From positions 1 through 64,000 of the forward strand of contig RSEE01000052.1 of the NCBI GenBank assembly GCA_003971905.1: a stretch of DNA of 64,000 nt, read 5' to 3'. A program made the position numbers and the translations under genes. Below, piece after piece: positions 23,792-36,351 of this stretch (position 1 is the first letter of the stretch; each line of letters opens with the position of its first letter). This DNA is from Moniliella sp. 'wahieum' (Eukaryota). The notes below the pieces were generated by a model, which saw only the letters and a list, made by a program, of their open reading frames with translations, did not search any database and was not told where the DNA came from.

Positions 23792-26094
23792 TTACTTTTT
23801 GGGTTTGGCGCGGAAGGCCAGCAGCGCCTCGAGCTCCGCGACGGGGCAGGCCAGCGTCAAGAATTCGTGCCGGAGCAGTTCGTGGGCGGTGGCGCGGGAC
23901 TTGACGTCGACGCAGAGGCAGACGGCCAAGAAGTTTTTCAATGCGCGCGACAAGCGTTCGGGGTGTTTGAGTGTCGGGGTGCCGTTGGTAGCGATCAGGT
24001 AGAGAGCCTTTAACGGTTCTTCGTCCAGGTAGGGAGGTTCCGACTCGAGTAGTTCGATCAGCAGAATGCCCAAGCTCCAAATGTCCACTTTTTCCCCATA
24101 CTCCTTTTGCTTGACCACCTCGGGTGCCATCCAGTAGGGCGTGCCGACCATCGTGGCCCGCTTCGAGCGCTGGTCAGTCAGCTTGGCGCAGAACCCGAAA
24201 TCGGTAATTTTCACGTGGCCGCGGCTGAGGAGGATGTTGTCGGATTTAATGTCGCGGTGGATGATGGACTGGGCATGGAGGTGTTCCAAGCCCTTGCACG
24301 TCTCGGCCGAGATGGCAGCAATTTGGGGCTCGGTGAGCGTGTTGTTATCAATAATGTCCGTCAACGCACCGCCTTCCATGTACTCCATAATCACCCACAG
24401 CTCATTCTCCTTGACCAGAAACGAATCGAGGAAATTGACAATGTTCGGGTGCTGACTTTCCTTCATGACCAAGATCTCATTGACGATCAACTCCTTGCGG
24501 GGCTGTTGTGCCAAATCCATCGTCTTGATCGCCACCCGTTCGCCTGTTGCCAACGTTTTGCCCACATACACTGACCCACTCGCACCCTGCCCGACCTTCT
24601 TGGTCTTGGAATAGAGCGTAGAAGGATCTTGTGGCGACACGACCGTCTTGAGCTTGGCCAAGATCTGGGCTTCCGTCATCGTACTCACACGTTTATCGCC
24701 GTCCTTGGCCTTGGACCCGGCCGGCTTGGCCGACGCGCCCGGCCCAGGCACTGGCTTGGGCTGCGGCGAGACCTTGGGCGAGACCTTGGGCGATACTTTG
24801 GGCGCAGGTGGCGCCGGGCGACCAGCTACCAACGGAGACGCCGTCTTGGAACCCACCACCACAGCAGCCGCAGCCGGCACGGCAAGTGACGGCGATGGTT
24901 TTTGGCCAACGCTTCCCCTTGCGCTGCTACGGCTGGGGCAGCCTTGCCCCCGGTAGCCGAGGCTGGCGTAGTAGATGCCGCGGTACGCTCGGGGGAGGGA
25001 TCGGTGGTCTTGCGCACAGGGGCGGGGCAGGCGCCGCGCGTTGCCCATGGATCCGCAGTTGGCTTAGTCGCGCCAACGTCCCTGACGAGGAGGAGGACGT
25101 GGTGAGAGCCGGTGGCGAGGTGGCCGAGGCCGAGGCTGGGCCCGCGGCCGAGGACAAAGTGGAGGGAGAGCAGGTGCAGCAGGGGAAGTAGAGTTGGGAG
25201 AGGCGAGTGTGCTGGTGCCGGTACTGGTACTTGTGCCCGCAACCGACTTGGTGACGACTTGAGGAGCCTTGTGGGGCGCGGTAATCTCGTTGCCGAAATC
25301 GTCCTTTTCGCGGGCTTGAATGTCGGTGTAAAATTCGAGCACGTCGAGGACGGCTTGTGGGTTCTTGACATAATCTTCCTTGGTGATGGCCGAGGTGGTT
25401 AAGAGTTTGGTCCACTGTTCCGGCAGGCCAGTGAAGGCGCCTGTGACTGGATCAAAGCCGACGTGCACCTGGTGCTTGAACCCCGTCGGAGCCGACACAC
25501 CCAGCATAGGCGCCCGACTGTAAATCTCGTCCATCCAACTGTACAGTTCGGCATCGGATTTGAGTTGCAAAAAGTACGTTTTGCCCTTGGCTCGAGCTCG
25601 ATGCAGTACGGCTTCAAATCGGTGCGGGTGACGGACCCAATGTCGCGCAAGAACAGCAGCGTCGAGGGCTGGTATGTGCCTTCGTTCTTGTGGAACGTAA
25701 GCGTTGCTCGCGCAATGCCATCCACCGTTTGGACCACATCCATGATCGCAGACCCTCCTCTTTCACCGACACGTATCCTGCCGCACCACCGCCGTCGAGT
25801 TGCCCCCGGGCGAGGAGGGGGTGGAGTTGAGGCCATAGGCGCCGATGCCGGCGGTGGGGTGCCGGCGATGGGGAGGAGAGGACCCGTGTAGGCGAGGCGG
25901 AGGCGGAGGCAGGGGCAGAGGCAGGGGCAGAGGCAGGGGCAGGGGCAGAGACAGAGGCTGCGGCAGGGGCGGTGGAGGAGGGAGCAGCGGCCGCGGTGGG
26001 TGCAGCGGGGCGGGGCGGGAGGGGGTGAGGGATGCGCCGAAGGGATCGGTGGCGTGGGCGCTGGTGGTGTAGGCGTGCTCCGAGAATAGCTCAT
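23792..26094 (-). CDS. STE20: p21-activated kinase, Cla4 type (PH + CRIB + kinase)
   Basis: PH-like segment ([30 protein letters not shown]); [20 protein letters not shown]; kinase [29 protein letters not shown]; Pro-rich N-terminus from ATG 26092-26094; no intron seen; frameshifts between domains. Confidence 0.93.
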
Positions 26095-26769
26095 GGTGGT
26101 GGCGGGCGGGGGGCGCGGAGGGTGGCGCACCTCGTGCGGGCGGGGGGCGGGGGCGGCAGAAAAAAAGTGGTGGAGGGGCGGGCAGGCGGGCGGGCGGCGT
26201 GGCTGGGGGGGCTTGTCGAGGGAGCGCTGGCAGGCAGGCAGGCTGGCTGCTGGCTGCTGCTGGCTGCTGCTGGCCATCGGCGCTTCCCGCGGGTCGCTGT
26301 CGGCGGGGGGCGTCCACTGCCCAACCCTAACCCACCCCCCTCGCGCCTGGCCACTGTCGCACCCCCAACCCTACCCATATCCAGCCTGCCCCAGCAGACC
26401 ATCCGCCACGTCACCGCCACATCCCCCTCCTCCCTGCTCAGCGCGCTCAGCCTGAGCCAGCACTGCTTGGCTTGCCTGTCACGCTGTCGCCATCATCTGG
26501 GGTCACTCATCTGGGGTCACGCCGTCACGTGCTCGTCCAGCTAGGGTTGGGCCAACCCTACCACCAGCGCTTCGAAATTCACCTCACCTCCCTGTTGGTT
26601 GCTTGCAGGGCCACCCACGCCTGCCCTCTCTGGCTGGCTCATTTCTATCTCCCCCCCACTCCCCGCCCGGCCCGCCGGTGAGCTGCCGCTGGCCTCCTGC
26701 GCCCGGATGTCCACGCAATACATACACGAACCCAGCATGTCCACGGACGAAGCCTGTGCTGGCCGAAGC

Positions 26770-27460
26770 CTACGCAGCCTGTGCGAACGGACTGCCGAAC
26801 CAGCCGAAACCCGAAACCAGAAAACACAAAACAGAAAACACCACAGCCACAGCCACAGCCAGGGTCAGCACACCGCCTCTCATCGCCGCCCCGAGGCAAG
26901 ATACAAGCAAGCGTCTGTTGGGACTTTGGTCTGACGTACTTTTCAATCGCCTCGAACCCATCCACCGGGTTGATCACCGTCAGCGCTGTGCCCCGCAGCA
27001 CAGTGAGGCCCAGAGGACGCAGCGCGCCCGTTGGTTGTCCCGTCACGGGGTCGCGCACCGTTTCTTCGACCTCGTCCAGGACCATGTTCATCAGCTGGTC
27101 CCATCCCTTGAGCACGCCCACCACTGCACACACACAAATGCACACACAAGCCCACACAGGCATCCGTCCCTGATCAGTTCTCTGTTCTTCCTTTTCGTCC
27201 TGCACGCAAGCACCACCGCAGGAACCCAACCCAGGCCAAACCAACCCAAACGAAAATCAGCACGTACCTTCGCGTCCACCTGCAAACTTGACGCGGATTT
27301 TACGGTCGCGGAAGCGGCTCAAGTCCAAGATAGCTTCGCGTTTCGGTCGTTCCGGGCCGGAGATGGGGCGGGATCCAGTGGCGTGGGATGCGGCGCCTCC
27401 ACGACCACCGCGGTGGCCGCCGCGGCCTCGACCGCGAGGTGCACCAGTTCGCTCAGACAT
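26770..27460 (-). CDS. LSM7: U6 snRNA-associated Sm-like protein Lsm7
   Basis: RPKREAILDLSRF..IRVKFAGGRE | VVGVLKGWDQLMNMVLDEV..RPLGLTVLRGTAL..PVDGFEAIE | NPFAQAA*; introns 27124-27267 and 26792-26939 with GTACGT donors restore a complete frame. Confidence 0.95.
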
Positions 27461-28107
27461 GCCGGTGTGCAGAGGAGCGTGGGTCAAAACCAACCATGAA
27501 TCAAGCCCACGACGAGCCAAGCGAGCGGGTGGGCGTCGGCCAGCTCGTTCCGCCACAGGGCGGAACGGCGGCCGAAGGTAAGTGGCCGGCTGGTCACCGG
27601 TGAGGCTCACCGCTCACGCGTCACGCTCACCCCGTGATATTGACATCAACAGGATCAGTTGGACTCTGGCCTACACCGGACCACCGCTGGCCGAGATTGG
27701 CTGGCAGGAAATGAGCTGGGTCGGTACCCCCGGCACCGCTCCCAGCTCCCCGCTCCCAGCCCCGCTCCCAGCTCACATGCCCAGGAGCTAGCTGGGGGCA
27801 CTGCCTCTGTCGTTGCCGGTGCAGGTCCTATTGCATGTCATGTGGCCTGTGGTGGGAAATCATTAATCATCACTCTTTTCCCGATCCTGAACCTGATCTC
27901 AAGCGCCAAGGGAGGAGGAACGTGGGGGCAAAGGGTAAATGAAGGGTTGGCACCCCCACAGTCTAACGTCTAACATCTATCTACCTCCTAGTAGTCATGT
28001 GAGACCCAACCCTTTCGTGTCCAGTACCAGTATCCAATCCCAGTTGAGTAGCAGCGCCCGTCTTCAGGCCCCAACGCAACGCAAGGCAGTAAAGTGCATA
28101 CTCATAC

Positions 28108-29072
28108 TTACTGCGTTTGCGGTCCGTACCCCCTCAAGCCCTCGGCGAAGCCCCACTCGGTTTCGTTGGAGCGGGGGGTAGAATCAATGTCGACGCCATC
28201 CTTGGTGACTTTGGCAAAGACGAAGCGGTTGATGGAGCGGGCATCGCGGTAAAACAAGATGCGTAAGCAATCTTGGAGGATCTGTTTGGCGTCTGATTCC
28301 GTCAACTCAGTTTCGCGTCCGACGACGCGTTTGCGCAAGATGGGAATGGCAATGTGCAATCCAAATCCCGTAGCGATGACCGACGACGTGTACGTCGTCC
28401 CGAGCAGATCGACAAATCCTAAAAACGACTCGCCTGTCGTTTGGTCCACCCCGCCCAACACGTACGCGTTCCACAACGGGTTCATCTTTGTTCGCCGTTG
28501 GTACATCACCCGCGACAGGTACGCGTACACCTGCTCCGGCGACAAGGGCTGGTCATCATCCTCGTTCGACTCTTTGATCCTGCCAGCACACGCACAAGGC
28601 ACAAGGTTACGGTTAGAATCGTATTTGGAAATCCGTTTGCTTTGTCCCCGATCCACCAGTCCAACACTCCAATCCTCCAACAGTCAAACAGAGCAAATGA
28701 CACTGGCGGGGACAGTGGCCAGGCTAGGGCGACGTACATGAGTTTCTGAAGCAAGGTTTGAGTGTACTGAAAGTCGGACATGTCCCCGCTGGCACCGAGG
28801 ATAGTATTGGCACCAACATCGACGATCCGGCGAATGTCCATGAACCGAGCGAGGGAACCATACGAGGCAAGCGTGTCTGCAGCGAGCAGCACGCCGTCCT
28901 TGTATTTGATGCCGAGGACCGAGGTGCCCGTGACGATGGGTTGTTGGGTGTGCTGCACGCCTTGGGCAAACGAGTCTGTTGCACCCGGCCGCACATAGTC
29001 GGGACCAGCAATGGTGCGGGGGGCGGAGGACCAGGCCTGGGCAGGGAAATGCGAAGGGATGGTGAACTGCAT
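28108..29072 (-). CDS. PRE4: 20S proteasome subunit beta 7
   Basis: HTQQPIVTGTSVLGIKY, LASYGSLARF, GASGDMSDFQ; intron 28580-28737; MYQRRTKMNPLWN, ILFYRDARS, WGFAEGLRGYGPQTQ*. Confidence 0.95.
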
Positions 29073-29571
29073 GGGGGCGGAGGAGGTGGTGTGGGCCGGG
29101 GGACGGCCAGTAGTCCCAGCGGCCGGGGACGGCAGCGCCAGTAGTCTCAGCGGAGTGCGCCGGAGCGCACAGCCTGCCGGAGCGCCTGAGGCCTGAGCGC
29201 CTGAGGCCTGAGCGCAAGAGCGGAGACCCACGCGTCGTCAGCCGCCGAGCGGAATTGGATGGCTTGTTGGGGGATCCGATTTCATTAATCGTTTCCGATT
29301 GCCGATGCCAGATGTCAATGCCTGCGTCCCGATTTCAAATTTAACGTTGACCGTTTTAACGATGATCCCCTGGACGTTCAATGTTCAATTGAACGTTCAA
29401 GATACCACACCGAAACCCCCTCGGGCTGGCCACGTGGTGCGGCCGCACCCTGGGTCCCTGGGTCACTCAATTTGGCAGGAGCAGCGGCAACGGTGACCCA
29501 ATCCCGTCGTCTAGCTTGGCGCGCTCCGTTCCCGGCGGTCGATACCTACCCAACCATCTTCTCCCTCCCAC

Positions 29572-30526
29572 ATGGCCCCACGCTCCGCCAAGTCGTCCAC
29601 CCCTACGGACGCCATTGCCTACCGCTCCGGGGCGATCACCGCATCCATCAACAAGGAAGAGGACCAGGTACGTTGTACCCTACTCTACTCTACCCTACCC
29701 TACTCTACCCTACCCTACCCTTGCTTCCAGTTAGCTACCACGCAGCTCATGTCCCGTCCTGCGTCTCAGGCTCTGCATGTGCATGTGCATGTGCATGTGC
29801 TTGACCGGAGCGTCCCGCCTAACTCCCTCTTTTTCAGGACGGAATTCGTGCTCTGGCCCAATGGGCCACGCACGCCGATCGGCCCCCCAAGGAAGCCAAG
29901 GTGACCAAGATTGATGCGCACGGGTTCAGTGTCGAGTACAAGTTGGTGACGCAATTCTGCGGGGGACCAAGGCGAAAACGGTCCGGATCGAGTACGATGC
30001 GTTGCCGCTCCATGGGGCGGAGGGCAAGACCAAACGTAAGGTGACCATGAAGGATGCTGCGGAGGCCAAGCAGGCTGTGGCTACGTTATCGGCACATGCG
30101 CTGCGTCAAGTGGGCTTTCCTGAGGGATCCTTGTCCCGTGCAGAGATGGCAGAGTACGAGACGCGCACGCCAGTACTGTTTGCTCCCAGTATGGATTCGT
30201 TCTTGCCTGTCGTGGTGCTGGTCAGTGCGTTTGTGCTCTACTCGCCGTTCTGGAGAGAAACGTTGTTGTCAGTGGAATTTCGCGCGTACCTGTGGGACTG
30301 GGTGGGCGGGAGAAAGGTGTAGACATGGCCAAGTACGCGTTCCGGATGGTAGGCCAAGTCCATGCGGTCGAGGCATGCATCATGTCCACCATCGCTATCC
30401 GCCGTGGCTCACCGCCTCTCATGACGCTCACCTGGGTCGTCGCAACTTTTCATTGGCTTCACTTGCTTCCCTAAATTCTTCAAGTTGAATCCGTTACCGC
30501 TCCGGTACAAGACCAAGGCCCAGTGA
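29572..30526 (+). CDS. DUF2470-like N-terminal domain plus C-terminal transmembrane segments
   Basis: MAPRSAK..INKEEDQ then intron from 29668 (GTACGT) to about 29838; AKVTKIDAHGFSVEY; hydrophobic FLPVVVLVSAFVLY and VHAVEACIM..LTWVVATF; stop 30524-30526. Frameshifted. Confidence 0.6.
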
Positions 30527-30835
30527 ACAGGACTGTGGTGCTCATTCGCTTTTCCCCGTTGTACCCCCCTGCTCCGACAAGGGATTAGGTTCCTATGCAT
30601 GCTACCTAGTCCCGACCTGGGAGTGTATCCAGAGAGAGACGAACAGAGACAAAATCGTTGGCTCAAAAAAACGACCATAGCGACCGAGGGGAATAAACGA
30701 GTGCAAAAAACTATGCTGATGCGGGGCGGGGAGAACACGGGAAAAAGGAGAGGAGAGGGGTCCGGAGAGGGCGGAGGGGTGGAGACACACAAAGAAGACG
30801 AGGACACAAAAGGAGGAGAGTAGCGGGAGGACGGA

Positions 30836-31905
30836 TTAGTACCGTCGTGTAGGTGCACTCACTGGCGACGCGCCCCCCACCAGGCCGATCTGGGAGGACC
30901 GCATGGGCAAGTTGGCGGCACTGTCGCCAGGGGAGCGGAGATGGTACTGGCTCTGCACGCGCGAATTGGGTGCCGTGTGCTGGGCCACGGTTTCCTTGGC
31001 TGCCTCGTACATTTCCTGGATATCGTCCCGCAATTGGGTCTGCAGTTGGTAGTAAGTCTTAATCTCGCGGTTGCGGGTCCGACGCGAGTTGGTGTGGAAA
31101 TAGAGCAAGGCGAGACAGAGCACGATCCCACCCGCCACGAGACCAAGCGCGACCAGCACGTACACCCAAGCTCCCGTCTTGGAAGGGATGTTGGGTGGTT
31201 CCTTGCACACGCCCGTCGCATCGTTGTTGTACAACTGCGATCCGGACGCGCCTGAATTATCGACACAGTGGAAGGAGCGGCACTCCTTGTCCGCCGCACA
31301 CTTTTGCCCCAGATTCTTCTTCAACATACAGACGGACGTGGGGCATCGCAGTAAAACCGCGGGTGGCAGTTGTCCCGGGAGATGATGTCGCCGTAGGTGA
31401 GGGTAGGCGTCTCATAGACGGTGTAGACCGTGTTCTCATTCGTGCACTTGTCGCCACCGGTATGGTTCTGGTACTGGCACTTGAACTCGAGGCAGATGGA
31501 CTTGACGCCATGAGCGACGAGCGAATCAGGCGGGGCTGGCACTCGTCGTCCCGGTTCAGCTGGCAAGCGCCGCCGAGAGGAACGAGGGGCTTGCACGAGT
31601 CGAGTTCGTCGGGGCAAAACATGTTGGAAGGGCAGAGGGGAGGCCAGTCGGATTTGCGCGCATACCCAAACGGGTACTCGTCTTTCCTGCAACCGTTCGG
31701 ATGGCATTTGTTGTCGGTTCCACAGTAGTGAGGTTGCATGCAGACACAAAGGCGTTCTGGTCGGCGACAGGCGGTTGTTGGACACTGAGCAGGACGACGG
31801 CGGGGGGTCAGGAGTGGAAGCTGCGGCCGCTGCGCCGGCGTGGACCTGCAGCGCGAAGACCAAGGCCGCACCTAGTGCAGAGATAACGGAGGGAGGCATG
31901 CGCAT
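30836..31905 (-). CDS. Cys-rich secreted-type single-pass membrane protein
   Basis: Signal-like MRMPPSVISALGAALVFALQVHA; GCRKDEYPFGY, LCPSNMFCPDE, GGACQLNRDDEC, ISRDNC, CAADKECRSFHC; TM WVYVLVALGLVAGGIVLCLALLYF followed by basic residues. Frameshifted. Confidence 0.7.
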
Positions 31906-32400
31906 CGTCACGCGGGGGTGGATCCGGGGGGGGGGGCGGGACGGGGGCACGCGGGGGGGACAGAGAGGAGGGGATGGTGGGCGTGCGCTTGCCGGGGATG
32001 CGAGGCCGATGATCGACGGGCCGAGGCTGCCGACGGGCGCCAAAAACAGAGTGGCAAGGACTGGACCTCTGCTGTGCTTGCCGTCCGATCGGCATAGGGT
32101 TGGGGATAGCGTCCCACGGGGGCAGTGCGCGGTGGCCCAGGCGCGCCTGCAGGCATCGCAGGGCACCCCACCGCCCGTCCCATCCGATGCGAGGGGCGTT
32201 TGGGGGGCGTGGCAGGCGTGGCTTACCAGGCACGTGGCCAGTGTGTTGGGGTCCGGACGCTCGGTGCCGTCGCAGGCGGTCGGCCTGCCAAGATGAGGCA
32301 TTTATGAACATTGCACATCCCCAGTTCGCTGGCCCTGCACGAAGCCAAACCAAAAACTACAGGGGCCCGCCCGGATGGTATAACAATGCTTTTGTCCAGC

Positions 32401-34099
32401 TCACTCGTACCCCGCGTCCTCCTGCATCTCGTAATCCTCCTCCTGCTCCACCCCATCCTCCAAATCCTCGCCATCGTCTGCCACGGCGGCATCTCCCTCT
32501 GGAACGGTGCTGGTTGGCATCGTCCGCTCCCGCACCGTCGCCTTGGCCTTGGAGATCCGCGCCACGCGCGCCTTCCACCCCGCCTCGAGCCAGGAAGCAA
32601 AGTGGGGGCACTCTTCTGCAGAGTGCTACCATCCTTGGAGCAAAACTCGAGTAGAGGAGCCACAGGGAATTTGGCTAATGGCCAACCCGGTCGAGTTGGG
32701 TTGGGCCAGGGAGGCCTTCACCTCCGTCCAGCTCATCCACCACATCCTCCTCCAACCCAAGGCCAAGGATGTAAGCCAGTGCATACCCAGTCCCCTCCTG
32801 CACGGCCGTCGAAGATGCCGACCCTTTCCAGTGGCGCAACGTACGGTAAACGTACAAGTCCGACCCGGGAGGGGCTTCGGTTTCGACTCCTCCTCCGATT
32901 CATCCGAAACCGGGCGCGCTCTTCGCTTTGAGCCGGCCATTTTCGACTTGGAAGAGGACCGGGACCGAGACCGGGACCGGGCGTGGGAACGGGACTGAGA
33001 ACGACGGTTGCTGTCCGGCTCGGATTCGGATAAGGAGCTGGAATCGGACCCCGACTCGTCCGAATCTTTCGGCTTGGAGCGCGAGCGGGAAGACCGATGC
33101 CGTTTGGAGCGGGACGTACTCCTACTGCGGCTCCTACTCTTGTGGGACTTGGTATGGGAGCGTTTGCGCTTCCTTCCCTTGGTCTCGGAGCTGGAACTGG
33201 ACGCGGAGGCAGTTTCGGATTCAGAGTCCGAGTCGGATTCGGACCCAGACCCAGACCCAGACTCAGACTCTGATCCGGATTCATAGTCGCTCTCGTTCTT
33301 CGATCCGGAACGTGTAGATCGACCAAACATAGAAGGGAAGCGCTCCACCTTGCCATCATACACAAGTGTGTTGAGGATTTGGGTAATATGTTCGACCCCA
33401 ATTTGGGTATTGACCACACGAGACTGCTTGATGTGTTGGTGAATTTCTTCTGCCGTCGGTAGCTTTTTCTCCATCCACCCGGTGGGGAACAGCTGGTCAT
33501 CGGACGAAGGGGAGGGGGGGAAGGTGCGCGAAGCAATGAACCCTTCGCATAACTTTGACAAGTAGTGATGAACTCAACATCCAGTTCCGTGTCTGAATAC
33601 CACGGCCCCCCCGACAACTCAGCCGAAGGCTGCAGAGACGCCAGCATGTAAATCTTTCTTGTGGGGAACTTGACCGACTTGACAATCTTGACGTATCGCT
33701 GATTCTCCAAGTTTTTCAGCACCTTGGTTACGATGGTGGTATGCAGACCGGTGCGGTCCTTAACGTGGCGGGACCAGATCCCTTCGTTTCCAGCCTCGCG
33801 AATGACCGAGAAAATCATCCTCTCGGCCGAGAGAGATCCTACGAGTAACGCCTCGTTCTTGTCGACCACCGTCCAACGTACACCGGTTTGCAGCCGTTCG
33901 GCCGTGAGAGGTGTTTGCGGGATAGCTTGTTGATCAGTTGCACCCGCTCCTCGCCCTTGAGCGAGCCAAACACGCTGGCCAGCTCGGTGGAGGTGACGGC
34001 ACCGCCGGGGCGGGCAGCAATGGTATCGTACACCTCCCGCTCCTTGTCACTGAGACCATCGTCGGGGACAGCGGCGGCCCTGGCCGGGCGGGGGGACAT
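32401..34099 (-). CDS. RPC34: RNA polymerase III subunit C34/RPC6
   Basis: IREAGNEGIW..KVLKNLE..KSVKFPTRKIYML..GGPWYSDTELDVEFI; ILNTLVYDGKVE; C-terminal IPCG..LLEFC..EECPHFASWL; acidic tail ending at TGA 32401-32403. Confidence 0.92.
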
Positions 34100-34840
34100 G
34101 GTGGGTGGCGGGTGGCCTCTCTGCCGTGCGAGCCCAGCCAAAAAAATAATATGGGAGCCAGCGCTGGGCCGGGCAGGGCGGAAGCGGAACAGAAGGGCGC
34201 CCTTGGCGGGTGATGAATGCGTGATGTGTGTCGGATGCTGACCTTGGCACTGCGTTACGCGCTACGCGTTGCGACTTATTGGCCGAGAGAAACCTCGAGG
34301 CTGAGCGAGTGTACTTTGTGCTGAACAAGCACGTCCACCGTATCTACCGAGGTCGCGTAGGGAACGGCGTGGTGGAAGAAGGCACCACCAAGTGGTTCTG
34401 GGGTTGAATTGGGGTAGACTTTTGTGGTGGCTGTGTTTGGCATGATTATTCGCTTGCCGGGAATGGAGCCCATCAGCACGACGGAAGCCCAATTTAGGGG
34501 GCTGGACGGCGGGTCGTTTTGTGACGGATCGCAGGTTGCTGCTCAGCAACTCGGATGTGTTTATTCGACCCATCGTGTCTGCCAATGGTGAGGTGCCGCT
34601 ATGCCAAAGCTGTCGTGTGCAGTGCAGAGAGCCAGGCCAACACTGGGGGTACTGAAGAGGGACCATGAGCATGAACATGCGGCGGTTGAAATGTTGATGG
34701 CTGGGTTAAGCGTGGATCTGAATTTGATTGCATCGGTTATCTCGAGCTGTGCTCTCGCCAGCCACCGCCGCATCCACTCGTCCGCCTCGCCTGCCCGCCC
34801 ATCGCCCGCCCCATCCCTCCAACGAGCGTCCGAGGCGACT

Positions 34841-35981
34841 ATGCTCGCCCCCACCACCGCCTTTCTCTGGCGCATCGCCGCCGCCTCCGTCGTCAGTGCC
34901 AGCATCCCCACCACCGCCAGCCCCTCCAGCGTGCGCACCCGCACGGCCTCCTCGGCCGACCCCACCCCGTTCTCCTGCAGTGCCTTCAGCTCCCATGGCC
35001 GCGTCTACTCGCTCCGTCTGGACGATGCCACAGGCGGATGGCCTGTGCACGTTACCCACACCCTTGCCACCCCACCTACTACGACCGAGTACCGCCTTGC
35101 GATGGACCTCTGCGCCCCGCTCGCGTACGACGATCGTCGGCCCGCTGCCGACCAGTGCCCCACCAACTCCCTCGCCTGCCTGACCATCGTCAATTTGCGC
35201 GAGGGGGATGACGATCGGGTGCTGCAGGTCATCCCTCTTGCCACCACCGGGATCCGAGCCTGAGACGCCACTTCCGCTGCACTGGTCTGCCACGCCGCTC
35301 GAGTCCAATGACGACGCCGAGGTCCCTTCCTCAGATACGGGGCACACCCTTCGACTCACTATCCAAGGTGCTGCATATGCACATGTGCATCAAAACTTAT
35401 GCTTGACTTGGAGTGCGATCATGATGCGCCGACCCATGCTGCACCCCGCTGGACCGCTTATGACCCATTACGTGGCGAGGTACGATTGCATTGGCGGTCT
35501 CGTCGGGCGTGTCCCCTTCGTCGTGGGAACGACGAGGAGGAGGAACATCCCACTCCTGGACAGGACGAGGAGGACCCCGACGAGAACCAGCCAGCCGAAC
35601 CTGCTCCCCCCTCCTCTCCGCGCCACTGGGGGTTCCTTTCCATTTTCTTCCTTGTGTGCGTCTCCTTCCCCCCTCTACAATGCGGAGGAATTAACCAGTA
35701 TCGTGATGCAGGATCGGATTGGGCCTGGTGCTCTACTTTGCCGCGGGCATGTGGTACAACCTGCGCACCTATGGCAGCGCCGAGATTCCCCATCGCGACT
35801 TTTGGCGCGAGGCGCCTTACCTGTCCCGGGATCTCCTCAAACAAGCCGCCGGTGCACTCGGGCGGGCGCAGGTGCGCTGGGACAGAACCTCGGTGTCGAT
35901 GCTCGCTTTTGGGGCCCCAAGCGGTGGAGCTCAGCCACGGCCCGGCCAAGGCCTGCTCAAGATGGATACGAAGCCGTCTGA
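34841..35981 (+). CDS. ATG27: Autophagy-related protein 27 / M6P-receptor-like type I membrane protein
   Basis: Signal peptide; TPPTT..DLCAPL..DQCPTNSLAC; TM WGFLSIFFL|..GLVLYFAAGMWYN across an intron at about 35655-35710; YGSAEIPHRDFWREAPY; C-terminal YxxPhi GYEAV*. Confidence 0.85.
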
Positions 35982-36351
35982 GTCTTGCACCCAGCGATTC
36001 CCGTCTTATTGCCCAATGCCCTCGCTTCAACTCACAAGTACTCAGGCGCAATGCTCGTGTGTGGCATGTCCATTTTCTTGTTCATATGACAGGCCTCCTT
36101 GGGCTCCATTTTACAGTGCAGTGCCAGTCTCAGCGTGAAACGCCCGCTGCGAGCAAGTAGTTAGTTGGCTGCGTGAAATTTGATAACGAAATGAAACAAG
36201 CCAATGCCGGTTGCCCAGTGGACCAAAGTGTTCCTGGCTGGAAGCGCGGCAAGCGACAGTAGGGAGCGGATAAGCGCTCAAGCCGAGCCGCCGGTTTCGC
36301 CGTCGATCCGACCCTTCCCCCCCACTTAACGTCCGCAGCGCGACGGGCAAC

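Noticed and set aside
26322..26334. AACCCTAACCC telomere-like motif
   Set aside because: Fewer than two units, within a C-rich promoter.
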